A stretch of DNA of 64,000 nt from an uncultured Actinomycetes bacterium. GTDB lineage: Bacteria > Actinomycetota > UBA4738 > HRBIN12. The stretch is from the NCBI GenBank assembly GCA_963708985.1, contig CAVPUQ010000009.1, positions 246,362 through 310,361 of the forward strand, in the 5' to 3' direction. The translations under genes were made by a program, and so were the position numbers. The notes beneath the pieces were generated by a model. The model saw nothing but the letters and a program-made list of their open reading frames with translations. It did not search any database and was not told the origin of the DNA. Positions within the stretch are counted from its first letter, which is position 1; each line of letters starts with the position of its first letter. This document shows, piece after piece, positions 32,026-42,892 of this stretch.

Positions 32026-34883
32026 TCAGACGTCGAGGAGGTCGGGGTCGCCGCCAGCGGCCTCCACCGCGCCGTCGTCGTCGGGCGCGAGGACCGCCGG
32101 CGCCGCGAGCGAGCTGCGGGCCTCGATCTCCTTGAAGACGTCGGTCGCGTGGTCGACGCACACCACGACGAGGTCGCCGGGACGCGAGCGGTCGATCGCC
32201 TGGCGCGTGGCCTCGATCTCGTCGAGCACGATCTCGACCTGCTTGCACGCGCGCGCCCTCGCGCCATCGCCGCGCGTACGCCCTCGAGCACCAGGCGCGG
32301 CGGTCTCGCCGCGCTCGCGGCCCGCGGGGCGCAGCGGTCCTCGCGGACGATCACACGTCGAAGTACTGGGCGGCGATCCGGCCGAGCTCGCGCATGTCCT
32401 CGTCGCGCCGGTCGCCCGCGGTGGCGATGACGGCGACCCGCAGGTTCGCCGACCACGACGGCTCGCCAGGGCGGCCGAGGACCGGCGCGTCCGACGCAGC
32501 GGTCGACGAAGTCGCCGAGCATCTCCAGCCCGGGCGCGTTGTGGCAGTAGTCGACGATCACGTTGACGCCGTTGACGTCGACCTCGTTGAGCCGGCCGGG
32601 GGACAGGTAGATCGAGGTCGTGAACGTGCGCAGGCCCTGCCGGATGTCGTGCAGGGGCGCGCCGGCGACGAACGCCGCGGCGGCGGCGGCCAGCGAGTTC
32701 TGGACGTTCATCCGGGCGCGGCCCTCGAAGGTGGCCGGGCAGCGGGTGGATCCACGCGAGCTGCATCGTGCGGCGGCCGTGCTGGATCACCATCATCTCG
32801 CCGCGCTCGCTCTGCTCGAGCACGATCGCCTTGCGCCCGCGCCGGCACGCACCGGTCGATGATCGCGTTGCTGCCCGGCTCTCATCGAGAACCAGACCAC
32901 CTGCCGCGAGCAGGCCTTGCCGCATCTCGCGCACCAGCGGGTCGTCGGCGTTGAGCACGGCCGAGCCGGTCGCGCGGCACGGCCTCGACGATGACCGCCT
33001 TGACGTCCGCGAGCTGCTCGACCGTGTCGATGCCGCGCAGCCCGAGGTGGTCGCCGGTCACGTTGAGCACGACGGCGACGTCGTTGCGCTCGTAGCCGAG
33101 GCCCTCGCGCAGGATGCCGCCGCGGGCGACCTCGAAGACCGCGAAGTCGACGCGCGGGTTCTGCAGCACCATCTGCGCCGACTGCGGGCCGGACGCGTCG
33201 GCGCGGATCACCAGGCGCTCGTCGATGACGACGCCGTCGGTCGAGGTCATGCCGACCTTGCGGCCCATGCCCTTGAAGATGTGGCTGATCATCCGGATCG
33301 TGGTCGTCTTGCCGTTGGTGCCGGTCACGGCGACGATCGGGATCCGCGAGGGCGCGCCCGGCGGGAACAGCATGTCGACGACGGGCTTCGCGATGAACTG
33401 CGGCTCGCCGTCGGTCGGGTGCGTGTGCATCCGGAAGCCCGGGTGCGGCGTTGACCTCGCAGATCGCGCCGCCGGTCTCGCGCACCGGCTCGGTGATGTC
33501 GGGGCAGATGAAGTCGATGCCGGCGATGTCGAGGCCGACCATGCGGGCGGCCTCCTCGGCGATCTCGACGTTCTCCGGGTGCGCCTCGAAGGTGCGGTCG
33601 ATCGAGATGCCGCCGGTCGACATGTTGCCGGTCGCGGCGAGCTTGACCATCGCGCCCTCGGGCGGCACGTCGTCGAGCGCGTAGCCCTGTTCGACGAGCG
33701 CCTCGGCGGCCTCGTCGACCTTGATCGGGTGAGCACCTTCTCGTGGCCGACGCCGCGCCGCGGGTCGGCGTTGGTGATCGTCGACGAGCTCGCTCGACGG
33801 TGTGCTTGCCGTCGCCGGTCACGCGAGGCCGGCACGCGCTCGGCGATGGCGACCATCCGGCCGTCGATGACGAGCAGCGGTAGTCCTTGCCGGTGACGAA
33901 GGACTCGACGATGACGTCGCCGCGGCGCGGCCCTCGGCGAGCGCGCTGAAGCCGCCGCGCACGTCGCGCTCGTCCTGCAGGTCGAGGCAGACGCCGCGGC
34001 CGTGGTTGCCGTCGAGCGGCTTGATCACGACCGGGTAGCCGATGCGCTTCGCGGCCGCGACGGCCGCGTCCTCGTCGCGCACGATCTCCTGCGCGGGCAC
34101 CGGCAGCCCGGCCGCGGCGAGCAGCTGGCTGGTCAGGTCCTTGTCGCCGGCGATGTCGACGGCGAGCGCCGAGGTCTTCGAGGTCATCGTCGCGCGGATC
34201 CGCTGCTGGTACCGCCCTGGCCGAGCTGCACGAGCGAGTCCTGGTTCAGCCGGATCCAGGGGATGTCGCGGCTGACGGCCTCGTCGACGATCGCCTGCGT
34301 CGACGGACCGAACGCGCGGCGCTCGGCGCGCAGGATGAAGCGCTCGAGCTCGGCGTCGAAGTCGAAGTCCGGGTCGGCCTCGACGAGGTGGTTGACCAGG
34401 CGCACGGCGAGGCGTCCGGCCGCCAGGCCGACCTGCTCGTCCCAGTAGCCGTAGATGACGTTGTAGCGGCCGGGCTCGCCCTTGCTGCGCGGGTCTTGCC
34501 CCGGCAGACGTGCGCGCCGGACTCGCGCTGCAGCTCGAGCGCGACGTGCTCGGCGACGTGGCCGAGCCAGGTGCCCTCGTTCAGCCGCTCGAGGAAGCCG
34601 CCGCGCGTGCCGCGCGAGCACGAGTGCTCGCCGCAGGCCGGGCAGCAGCTCGAGGAGGTCGTCGGTGAAGCCGGGGATCGTGTTCGAGGGGAAGTGCTCG
34701 AGCGAGCCGAGGTCGACGACGAGGTGGATCGCCGGGTCGTAGGACCAGAAGTTCGGGCCGCGGTAGACCCGGGTCTCGACGATCGTGCAGGTCGGGCTTC
34801 GCCCTGCGGCTTGCTCGCCGCGGGCTCGCTGCTTCGCGCGCCGGCGCTCGGCCTGTAGGTCCGGGTCCGAGCTTCGCCGTCAC
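32026..34883 (-). CDS. cphA: Cyanophycin synthetase CphA1 (many indels)
   Basis: RVYRGPNFWS; HSC-x19-HVAEH; FGPST; KPLDGNHGRG; NMSTGG; EVNAAPG.RMH; VTGTNGKTTT; ARGGILREG; DYCHN; GTGA overlap with cphB. Confidence 0.92.
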
Positions 34884-35745
34884 TCCGAGGCCTCGCGCTC
34901 GCTCGAGGGCCCGCGGCTCGGCGAGCAGCGTCGCGGCCGCGCAGGTCGAACCAGTAGCCCGCCGGGAGCGAGTGCAGGACCGCGCCCGCTCACCATGATC
35001 GGACGATAGCCCTTGCCCGCGGAACGCGTCGGTCTTGACGTGGCCGCCGTCGACGATCGTCACGGCGCCCCTGCCCGATCACCTGGAGCGTGCGGTCGGG
35101 ATGCACGATCGCGCACGTGTCCTCGTCGACGCCGATGCCGAGCAGCGCCGGCGACTGCGCCACGAGCGCGAGCAGCCGCCCGACCCGGCCGCGCTGCTCG
35201 AAGTGCTGGTCGATGACGACGTTCTGGCATGACGCCGAGCCCCGCCGACAGCTGCACCATCCGGTTCTTCGGCGTCGGCGCCCGAGCTGCCCGAACGCCA
35301 CCATGTGGCTGGCCATCGCGCTCGCCCCCGCGCACGTGCCCGCGAGCACGGCCCCGCGGTCGTGCGCGAGCAGCAACCGCGTCCGCGAGCTTCGTGCCCG
35401 CCGACGACCTGGGTCAGTCGTGACTGGTTGCCGCCCGTCAGGAACACGCCGGTGGCATCGGCGAGGAGCTTCGCGACGGCCGCGTCGTTCGCCTCCGCGC
35501 GTTCCTCGGGTCGCAGGCCCGAGACCCGCCCGATCCCGAGGCCCGTCGAACAGGCCACGGTAGATCTCGATCGCCTCATCGCCGAGCGAGGATGCCGTCG
35601 AGATCACGACGACGTGGCCCTCGGGCCCGCCGGCGAACCTCGCGAACCGGCTGAGGACGGCCTTGTGCCGCAGCTTGTCCTCGGCCCCGCCGATCACCAT
35701 CACGGGGCCCGCCGCGAGCGCGACCGGACGCACGGGCTTGCTCAT
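34880..35745 (-). CDS. cphB: Cyanophycinase (several indels)
   Basis: IGGAEDK, TGGNQSRL, GT(C/S)AGA, DQHFEQRGR.GRL, GVDEDT; directly upstream of cphA. Confidence 0.9.
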
Positions 35746-35782
35746 GCCGGGCAGTGTAGCCCCAGGTCGCGGCCGGTCTGCA

Positions 35783-36064
35783 TCAGTGGGGCTTGACGCT
35801 CCGCCCGGCGTCGCCGGGCGGGCGCAAGATGAGGCGGTCGTGAGGCTCGACGACGTCGATCGTGCCCTCGAGGCCGAGCTCGACGAGGAGCTCGAACCCA
35901 TCGCCGGGGATCAGCTGGTCGGTCTCGGCGCGCTCGTCGGTGAGGACGAACTCGACGCCGCCAGGGGCTCGCTGCATGCGCACAGCAGCGTCGGGGTTGA
36001 AGCGGCGCGCGGCCAGCCACGTGCGCTGGAGGATCTCGACGGCCCAGTCGGTGAACGCGATCAC
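35783..36064 (-). CDS. Small hypothetical protein, HesB-like pattern without Cys
   Basis: IAFTDWAVEIL...AVRM...FVLTDE.AETDQLI.GDGFELLV; good codon usage. Confidence 0.6.
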   Translation of the reverse strand: MIAFTDWAVEILQRTWLAARRFNPDAAVRMQRAPGGVEFVLTDERAETDQLIPGDGFELLVELGLEGTIDVVEPHDRLILRPPGDAGRSVKPH

Positions 36065-36093
36065 GATCGCGTCATGGTACCGGTGCTCGTCCC

Positions 36094-36240
36094 TCAGTCG
36101 AACGTCCGAGGTCCACCGCCGAACGAGTGGCGATGTCTCCAGTCCCGGCCGTCGCGCGTGTCCGGCGCGGCCCACGCGGCGCCGGCCCACAGCAGGAGCC
36201 AGAAGCCGATCACGAACGCGGTGGCGAGGAGCGCGCCCAT
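36094..36240 (-). CDS. 48-aa membrane microprotein with DTRDGRDW motif (not in ORF track)
   Basis: MGALLATAFVIGFWLLLWAGAAWAAPDTRDGRDWRHRH...; TGATG coupling to upstream ORF; GGAGG RBS. Confidence 0.7.
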   Translation of the reverse strand: MGALLATAFVIGFWLLLWAGAAWAAPDTRDGRDWRHRHSFGGGPRTFD

Positions 36241-36437
36241 CACCGTGCCTCCACGCCGTCACCGAGGAACCGGTGGCCGGCGCTCACCAGGCGGAGGCCG
36301 AGCGCGAGCCGGACCGAGCCGCGCGGGCGACGGCGGAAGCGACGAGGCCGGCGGGCGCGACCGTCACGCACCGCCTCGGCACGGAACGCGGCCGTGCGCT
36401 CCCTCGCGAGCTCGTTCCTCATCCACGGCTGCTGCAT
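36240..36437 (-). CDS. 65-aa Arg-rich microprotein
   Basis: ELARERTAAFRAEA...RLALGLRLVSAGHR; AAGGGAG RBS. Confidence 0.65.
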   Translation of the reverse strand: MQQPWMRNELARERTAAFRAEAVRDGRARRPRRFRRRPRGSVRLALGLRLVSAGHRFLGDGVEAR

Positions 36438-36452
36438 CGCGGTCTCCCTTCG

Positions 36453-36500
36453 TAACCTGCATGAACTCTATATCGGTTATCGTAACTTGTCAATCGGTTT
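36453..36500. promoter_or_regulatory. Putative CGNR-regulator operator
   Basis: TAACC-N17-GGTTA (36453-36479) followed by a second TAAC...GGTT unit, in an AT-rich spacer between divergent genes. Confidence 0.55.
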
Positions 36501-36524
36501 CGCCGGTGTACACTCCGAGTCGAG

Positions 36525-37103
36525 ATGATCGACATCGCCGAGCACGACGACGCCCCTCCGGCGCCGGGCGACCTCGAGATCGTCCAGCGCTTCTTGAACC
36601 TCCACGACCACGACCCGGAGGGGCCCACGCTCGACCCGCCGCTCGAGATGATCCGGACCTTCCTCGTCGAGCGCGGTCTCCTCGCACCGAGGGAACGCTT
36701 CACCGACGCGGACCGTGAGACGTATCTCGAACTGCGTCGGGCGCTCCGCGCCTTGATCCTCACGGCCGAGGGCGAGCCGCTCTCCCCCGACGGACGTGCA
36801 GGTGATCGACCGGCTCGGCGCCGAGGCCGGGCTCCACCCGCACTTCCACGCCGATCACGCGCCGACGCTCGAGCCGAGGGGCGAAGGCGTCGACCGCGGC
36901 TTTCGGCAAGGTCGTCGCGATCGCGTTCGTTGCCGCGTTCGACGGCACGTTGGCGCACCTGAAGACGCTGCGCCTCCGAGGACTGCCGAGCGGTGTTCTA
37001 CGACCGATCGAAGAACCACTCGGGCCGCTGGTGCTCGATGGAGGTCTGCGGCAACCGCGCGAAGGTCCGCGCCTGGCGAGAGCGCCAGAGGGCCTCCCGG
37101 TGA
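36525..37103 (+). CDS. ABATE/CGNR zinc-finger regulator (indels near 36790-36970)
   Basis: FLN N-terminus; C..VFYDRSKNHSGRWCSMEVCGNRAKVRAWR. Confidence 0.88.
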
Positions 37104-38043
37104 CGACGGTCGAGTTCCCGCTCGATCGGTGCGGGCGGCGAGCCGGTGGACCTGGTCCGGACCCTCAACTCACACGGGTTCGTGGACCTGCCGCCGATGC
37201 GCCCCGCCGAGGACTACCGCTCCCTCGAGATCACGCTGCCGCGCCGGCCGAGGTCGGCCGCGGACGGTGCGGATCCACGCCGGACGCGACGGCAGCGGTG
37301 CGATCACCGTGCTCGGGCCGGCGGTCTCGGCCGCGACCGTGGATCGCCTGGCCGCGATCGTCCGGCACGTGCTCCGTCTGGACGCCGACCTGTCCCCGTT
37401 CTACGAGATGGCGGCCGAGGACCCCGACCTGTCCTGGGCGATCACCGGTGCCGGACGGATGGTGCAGAGCCCGACCGTGTTCGAGGACGTCGTGAAGACG
37501 GTCTGCACGACGAACTGCACGTGGTCGGCCACCCGCCGCATGGTGGATGCGCTCGTCGAGCATCTCGGCGAGCCCGCCCCCGGCGCCGCCGCCGTAGGCC
37601 CGTTCGGGCGGGCCTTCCCGACGCCCGAGCGCATGGCCGAGGCCGGCGAGGACTTCTACCGCGACGTCGCCCGAGCCGGGTACCGCGGCGCGTACCTCAT
37701 CGGGCTCGCGCGCTCGGTCGCCGAGGGCGAGCTCGACCTCGAGCGCATCTCGAGCGCCACCCCGGACGAGCTCTCGGACGCGGAGATGGAGCAGCAGCTC
37801 CTCGCGCTCCCCGGCGTCGGCCCGTACGCCGCGGCTCACGTGATGATGACGGTCGGCCGGTACCACCGGCTGATCCTGGACTCGTGGACCCGCCCGACCT
37901 ACGCGAAGAAGACCGGGCGCCGCGCCGTGACGGACGCGGCGATCGAACGCCGGTTCCGGCGGTACGGCCCGTTCGCGGGGCTCGCGTTCTGGCTGTTCCT
38001 CACCCGCGACTGGGTCGACGAGGTCGTCCTCGAGCAGACCTGA
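37100..38043 (+). CDS. HhH-GPD DNA glycosylase (AlkA-like) (indels near 37125-37260)
   Basis: GRMVQSPTVFEDVVKTVCTTN, FPTPE, GYRG, LLALPGVGPYAA; GTGA overlap with CGNR. Confidence 0.8.
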
Positions 38044-38146
38044 GGAACCCGCTCGCGGGGTTGCCCCGGCCGCGCCCCGAGCCGCATACTTCCTCGGGCC
38101 CCGCGGCCCGACCCCGACCAGGTGAAGGATCGATGAGCGAACCGTT

Positions 38147-39386
38147 ATGGCCCTCCGCCGCCCCGCTCGCACCCTGTGGGCCCATTGGCGCGCCGAACAG
38201 CGCACGTTCCGCCAGGGCCTGGTCGCGCTCGCCCTCAGCACGGTCGCGGGCTTCGTCGCCGGCCTGACCCTCGCCCACCTCACCGGCACCCTCGACGACC
38301 TTCCCGGCCTGCTGGTCCTGATCCCGGCCGCCGTCGGGATGAAGGGCACGATCTTCGGAGCGATCGGTGCGCGCCTCGGCACGGCCAACGCGGCCGGGGT
38401 GCTCGAGCCCACCCTCGAGCGCGGCGGTGCCCTGTACCGCAACGTCTACGTCGCCGTGGTGACGACCTTCAGCTCGGCGCTGTGGCTCGCCGTGCTGGCG
38501 AGGGTCGCGTCCATCGCGTTCGGCACGCCGTCGATCTCGATCTGGGAGCTCGTCGACGATCTCGATCGTCGGCGGGGCGCTCGGCTCGGTGTTCATCCTG
38601 CTCATCACGCTCGGACTGTCGGTGCTCTCGCACCGACGCGGGTGGGACCTCGACTCGGTGGCCACGCCGATGGTCACCGCGCTCGGCGACATGACCACGC
38701 TGCCGAGCCTGTTCCTCGCGACCTACCTCGTGCGGAACGACGCCGTGGCGACCGTCGCCGCCGGGCTCGCGGTGGTCGCCGCCCTGTACGCGGCGGTGCG
38801 TTCCTATACCGTCGCCGACCGTGTGATCCGCCGGATCGTGCTCGAGATGACCGCCACGATCTTGCTCACGCCGATCCTCGACGTGCTGGCCGGAGCGCTC
38901 CTGCGCACGCGCGAGCCGCAACTGCTGGCGGTGCCGGTCCTGCTCGCGCTCATCCCGCCGTTCGTCTCGCAGTCCGGCGCGCTCGGCGGCATCTTCGCCT
39001 CGCGCATCACGTCCAAGCTCCAGATCGGTGTCATCACGCCGCGCGGCCTGCCCGAGGGCCCGGCGGTCGTGGATGCGTCGATCGTGGCGGTGCTGAGCCT
39101 CGCCGTGTTCACGATGATCGGAGCGATCGGCTGGGCGCTCGGGACGGCGACCGGGCTCGAGGGCATGCCGGCGTTCGGGGCGCTCCTGCGCGGCACGCTG
39201 CTCGCGGGCCTCATCGTCACGCCGCTCACGCTCGTCGCGAGCTACTACCTCGCGATCGTGACCTACCGGTTCGGCCTGGATCCGGACAACCAGAGCGTGC
39301 CGATCATCACGAGCGTCTTGGACCTGGCTGGCGTCGCGTGCGTCCTGCTGGTCATGACATCATCGGGGGTGCTGCCGAATGGATGA
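38147..39386 (+). CDS. MgtE/SLC41-type divalent cation transporter, two membrane repeats, no CBS domains (indel near 38555)
   Basis: LIPAAVGMKGTI...ARLGT; DLDSVATPMVTALGD; GLDPDNQSVPIITSVLD. Confidence 0.82.
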
Positions 39387-40569
39387 CCAACCGAAGACCG
39401 TCAAGGAGCTGCTCGTCGAGGCGAAGGACGCCTCCGAGCTCATGGTGGACCTGGCCTACGCGGCCGTCTTCTTCAACGAGGAGAAGCTCGCGCGCGAGGT
39501 CGAGCGCCTCGAGGACCGCCAGCGGGGCTCGCTCCGCCGGCTGCGCACGATGGCGATGCTCGCCGCCCGCAGTCCCGAGGACGCCGAGGGCATGGCCGGC
39601 GTGCTCTGGATCGCCGACGCGATCGAGAAGATCGGCGACGCAGCGTCGGACGTCGCTCGCGTCGTCGCGGCACGACTCGGGATCCCCGACGTCCTGCGGC
39701 CCGACCTCCGGCACGCCGACGAGATGACGGCACGCGTGAAGGTCCGCGCCGAGTCCCACACGATCGGTCAGACCCTCCGCGAGCTCTCCCTGCCGACCGA
39801 GACCGGCATGTGGGTGATGGCGATCCGGAGCGGTATGGACTGGCGGTTCGACCCTGGTCCCGACGACGTGATCTCCGAGGGCGACGTGCTCCTCGTGCGC
39901 GGCCCCGAGGAAGGCGTGAATCTCGTCCGCGATCTGGCGGGTGCTCCCCAGCTCCCCGAGGTCGCCGAGGGCGACGCGCCGCCGCTGTCCGAGCTCGATC
40001 GCGCCGTGGACATCCTCGTCGAGCTGAAGGACCTCGCCGAGGCCGCGGTCGGGCTCGCCTACTCCTCGCTCCTGTTCAACAACCGCGCGCTCGCGGCCGA
40101 GGTCGCGGCGCTCGAGGCTCGTGCCGACATCTTGCAGGACGAGCTCGAGTCCTGGGTCCTGCGCGCGGCGCCCGAGGCCCGTGACGTCGACGAGCTCCGC
40201 GGTCTGCATCCGCCTCGCCGCCGCGAGCGAGTCGATCTGCGACGCCGCGCGCGACATGACGTGGTACGTCGAGCACGGCGAGCCGCTCCACCCCGTCGTG
40301 CAGATGGCGCTCGAGGAGACCGAGGAGACGAGCGCCGAGATGGTCGTCGAGCGAGGGCACGCCGCGCCGACGGACGGAGCCTGCGGGAGCTGCGGCTCGA
40401 GACCGAGACCGGGATGTTCGTGCTCGCGGTCCAGCGCGGACCGAGGTGGATCTACCGGCCTCGCGCGGGGTTCGTCCTGCGCGCAGGCGACCGGCTCATC
40501 GCGGTCGGCCCGGAGGACGGCGAGGAGGAGCTCGCGTCCCTGTGCCGGGCCGGCGTCCCCGCCGAGTGA
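39379..40569 (+). CDS. Tandem PhoU-like plus TrkA-C (RCK_C) domain protein (indels near 40205 and 40365)
   Basis: VKELLVEAKDASELMVDLAYAA, EKIGDAA, GQTLRELSLPTETGMWVMAIR; unit repeated in the C-terminal half. Confidence 0.82.
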   Translation: MDDQPKTVKELLVEAKDASELMVDLAYAAVFFNEEKLAREVERLEDRQRGSLRRLRTMAMLAARSPEDAEGMAGVLWIADAIEKIGDAASDVARVVAARLGIPDVLRPDLRHADEMTARVKVRAESHTIGQTLRELSLPTETGMWVMAIRSGMDWRFDPGPDDVISEGDVLLVRGPEEGVNLVRDLAGAPQLPEVAEGDAPPLSELDRAVDILVELKDLAEAAVGLAYSSLLFNNRALAAEVAALEARADILQDELESWVLRAAPEARDVDELRGLHPPRRRERVDLRRRARHDVVRRARRAAPPRRADGARGDRGDERRDGRRARARRADGRSLRELRLETETGMFVLAVQRGPRWIYRPRAGFVLRAGDRLIAVGPEDGEEELASLCRAGVPAE

Positions 40570-40613
40570 GCCGGGTCCTTGCACCGCCCGGCGGGCAGCC
40601 CTAGCCTGCGGGC

Positions 40614-41178
40614 GTGGACGCGTTCGTCTACCTGCGGGTTCAGCCCGGACGGGTCGAGGACGTCGTCGTCCAGCTCCAAGCCACGAAGGGGATCCGCGCC
40701 GCCGTGACGGTCATCGGCGACTGGGACGTCCTGGCCGCCGCGCACGGGCCCGACCTGCTCTCGATCGCCGGAACCCTGGTCCGGCAGGTGCACCGTATCG
40801 AGGGCATCGAGCGGACCGTCACCGCGCCGGTCGTGCCCCGGACGATGTCCTGGGTCTCGCGGGCGGCGGGCTCCGGACGCCCGTCCCGATGCAGCAGCAT
40901 GGTGACGCGTGCTTCGTGCACGTGCGCGCCGCGCCGGGCACCGCATCCGGTCTCGTCGAGGCGCTCGCCTGCGCTCGAGGACGTCTCGGCCGTGGCGCTC
41001 GTCGCGGGCGAGTACGACGTGATCGCCGAGATCCCGTACCCGTGGGAACAGGCGGCTCGGGTGATCGTGGACCAGCTGATCCCGCTCCCCGGCGTGCTCG
41101 CGACGAAGACCCTCGTGGCGGTCGCCGTACCTGGAGCCCGAGGACGAGGACCGCGACCAGTTCTCGGCCTGGACCTGA
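40614..41178 (+). CDS. Tandem Lrp/AsnC ligand-binding domain protein without HTH (indels)
   Basis: AFVYLRVQPGR...VTVIGDWDVL and second copy ..LVAGEYDVI..T.TLV. Confidence 0.75.
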
Positions 41179-41184
41179 GCGGTC

Positions 41185-42106
41185 CTAGACCCGGACGTTC
41201 GAGAAGCGCAGGCGCTCCTCGGCCTGCGTGACCTCCTCGACCTCGGTCGCCCCGTGCTCGGCCAGGAAGGCGAGCATGCGCTCGACGAGCCACTCGGGAG
41301 CCGAGGCGCCGCTCGTCAACCCCACGACCTCGGCGCCCTCGAGCCAGGCCGGGTCGACCTCCGTCTCGTCGTCCACGAGGTACGCCGGCGCGCCGAGCTC
41401 GCGGGCCACCTCGGCGAGGCGGTTCGAGTTCGACGAGTTGACCGAGCCGATCACGAGCACAACGTCCGCCCGCCGGGCGACCTCCTTCACCGCGTCCTGA
41501 CGGTTCTGCGTCGCGTAGCAGATGTCCTCACGCGGCGGGCCCTCCATCGAGGGGAAGCGCTCGCGCAGGACGCGGATGATCGCGTTCGTCTCGTCCACCG
41601 AGAGCGTGGTCTGGGTGAGGTAGGACAGGTTCGTCGGGTCGGGGATCTCGACCGTCCGGGCCTCCTCGACGTCCTGCACCAAGATCGTTCGGCTCGGGCG
41701 CCTGGCCGGTGGTGCCGACCACCTCCTCGTGACCGGCGTGGCCGATCAGGACGATCGTTCGGCCCTCGCCCGCGAAGCGTCGTGCCTCGAGATGCACCTT
41801 CGTGACGAGGGGGCAGGTGGCGTCGAGCACGGTGAGGCCGCGGGCCTCGGCGTTCGCGTAGACGTCGGGCGCCACCCCGTGCGCCGAGAGCACCACCACC
41901 GCGCCGGACGGAACCTCGGTCTCCTCCTCGACGAAGACGGCGCCCTTGGACTCGAGATCGCGGACGACGTGGAGGTTGTGGACGATCTGCTTGCGCACGT
42001 ACACGGGCGGGCCGTGCTTGGCCAAGGCCTGCTCGACGGCCTCGACGGCGCGGTCGACGCCGGCGCAGTAGCCGCGCGGGGCTGCGAGGAGGACGGTGCT
42101 CGGCAC
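41185..42106 (-). CDS. ispH: 4-hydroxy-3-methylbut-2-enyl diphosphate reductase (indel near 41690)
   Basis: [54 protein letters not shown]. Confidence 0.95.
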
Positions 42107-42446
42107 GGTCTCATCGTACGGGCGAACGATGATGACCGCGGGTCACGTTCACGTTGTCGGATGTCGGAGAGCGTTGGTAGGGTCGCGGGGACGCAAACGG
42201 ACGTTCGGTCCGATCCTCCCCCGCCCGCATCGTGCGTCTTCCCCCACGCCCAGGGCTGGACGGCGCACGTATGGGGAGGGGAGCTGGGACCCGGGCGCAC
42301 GGGTGCGTCGAGGTCGCATATCGGAACTCGACACGAGGAGGTGATCCGCCCACCCACGACCTACCGCTGGACGACCGGCGGAGCCCGCCGACCGGTCGCG
42401 CGGACCTGGCCGCCAGCCTGCGTCCACGGCGGGGGTGAACCCATCG

Positions 42447-42892
42447 ATGACCTATCTCACCAACCTGCGCCGCCGCGTCCTCATCGCGGCGGCCGTCATG
42501 TCCGTGCTCCTGACGTTCGTCCCGGGCAGCGCCCGAGCGACGTCCCGGAGCCGAGAGCCCGCACCGTCTCCGAACGCATCTGCGACCACGACTGGAGGAC
42601 CTCCAGGCGTGAGGTGAAGCGACTCATCCGGTGCGCCGCCCGACACTGGGGCAGCCCCGGGGGCGCGGACAAAGCGCTCGACGTCGCCAGGTGCGAGTCG
42701 GGATTCAAGACCGACGCCTACAACCCCTCCGGGTACGCCGGCGTCTTCCAGCAGGCCGTTCGCTACTGGCCCGACCGCGCGGACAAATGGGGGTTCCCGG
42801 ATCGATCCGTCTACAACGGCCGCGCGAACATCATCGTCTCGATACGGATGGCGAACTCCGCCGACGGGTGGAGCATCTGGGGCTGCGGCTGA
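42447..42892 (+). CDS. Secreted lysozyme-like/lytic transglycosylase (SLT/Rpf-like) protein (indel near 42545)
   Basis: Signal peptide RRRVLIAAAVMSVLLTF; VARCESG...YAGVFQ...W...NI...GWSIWGC. Confidence 0.7.

Noticed and set aside
35325-35345. Cyanophycinase nucleophile reads GTCAGA (Cys) rather than GTSAGA
   Set aside because: TGC is one base from AGC or TCC and lies in the most error-rich stretch. It cannot be claimed as a Cys-protease variant without reads.
41729-42446. N-terminal extension of the 387-aa ORF 41729..42892
   Set aside because: It is antisense to ispH. The real gene most likely starts at 42447 with a signal peptide and one indel.
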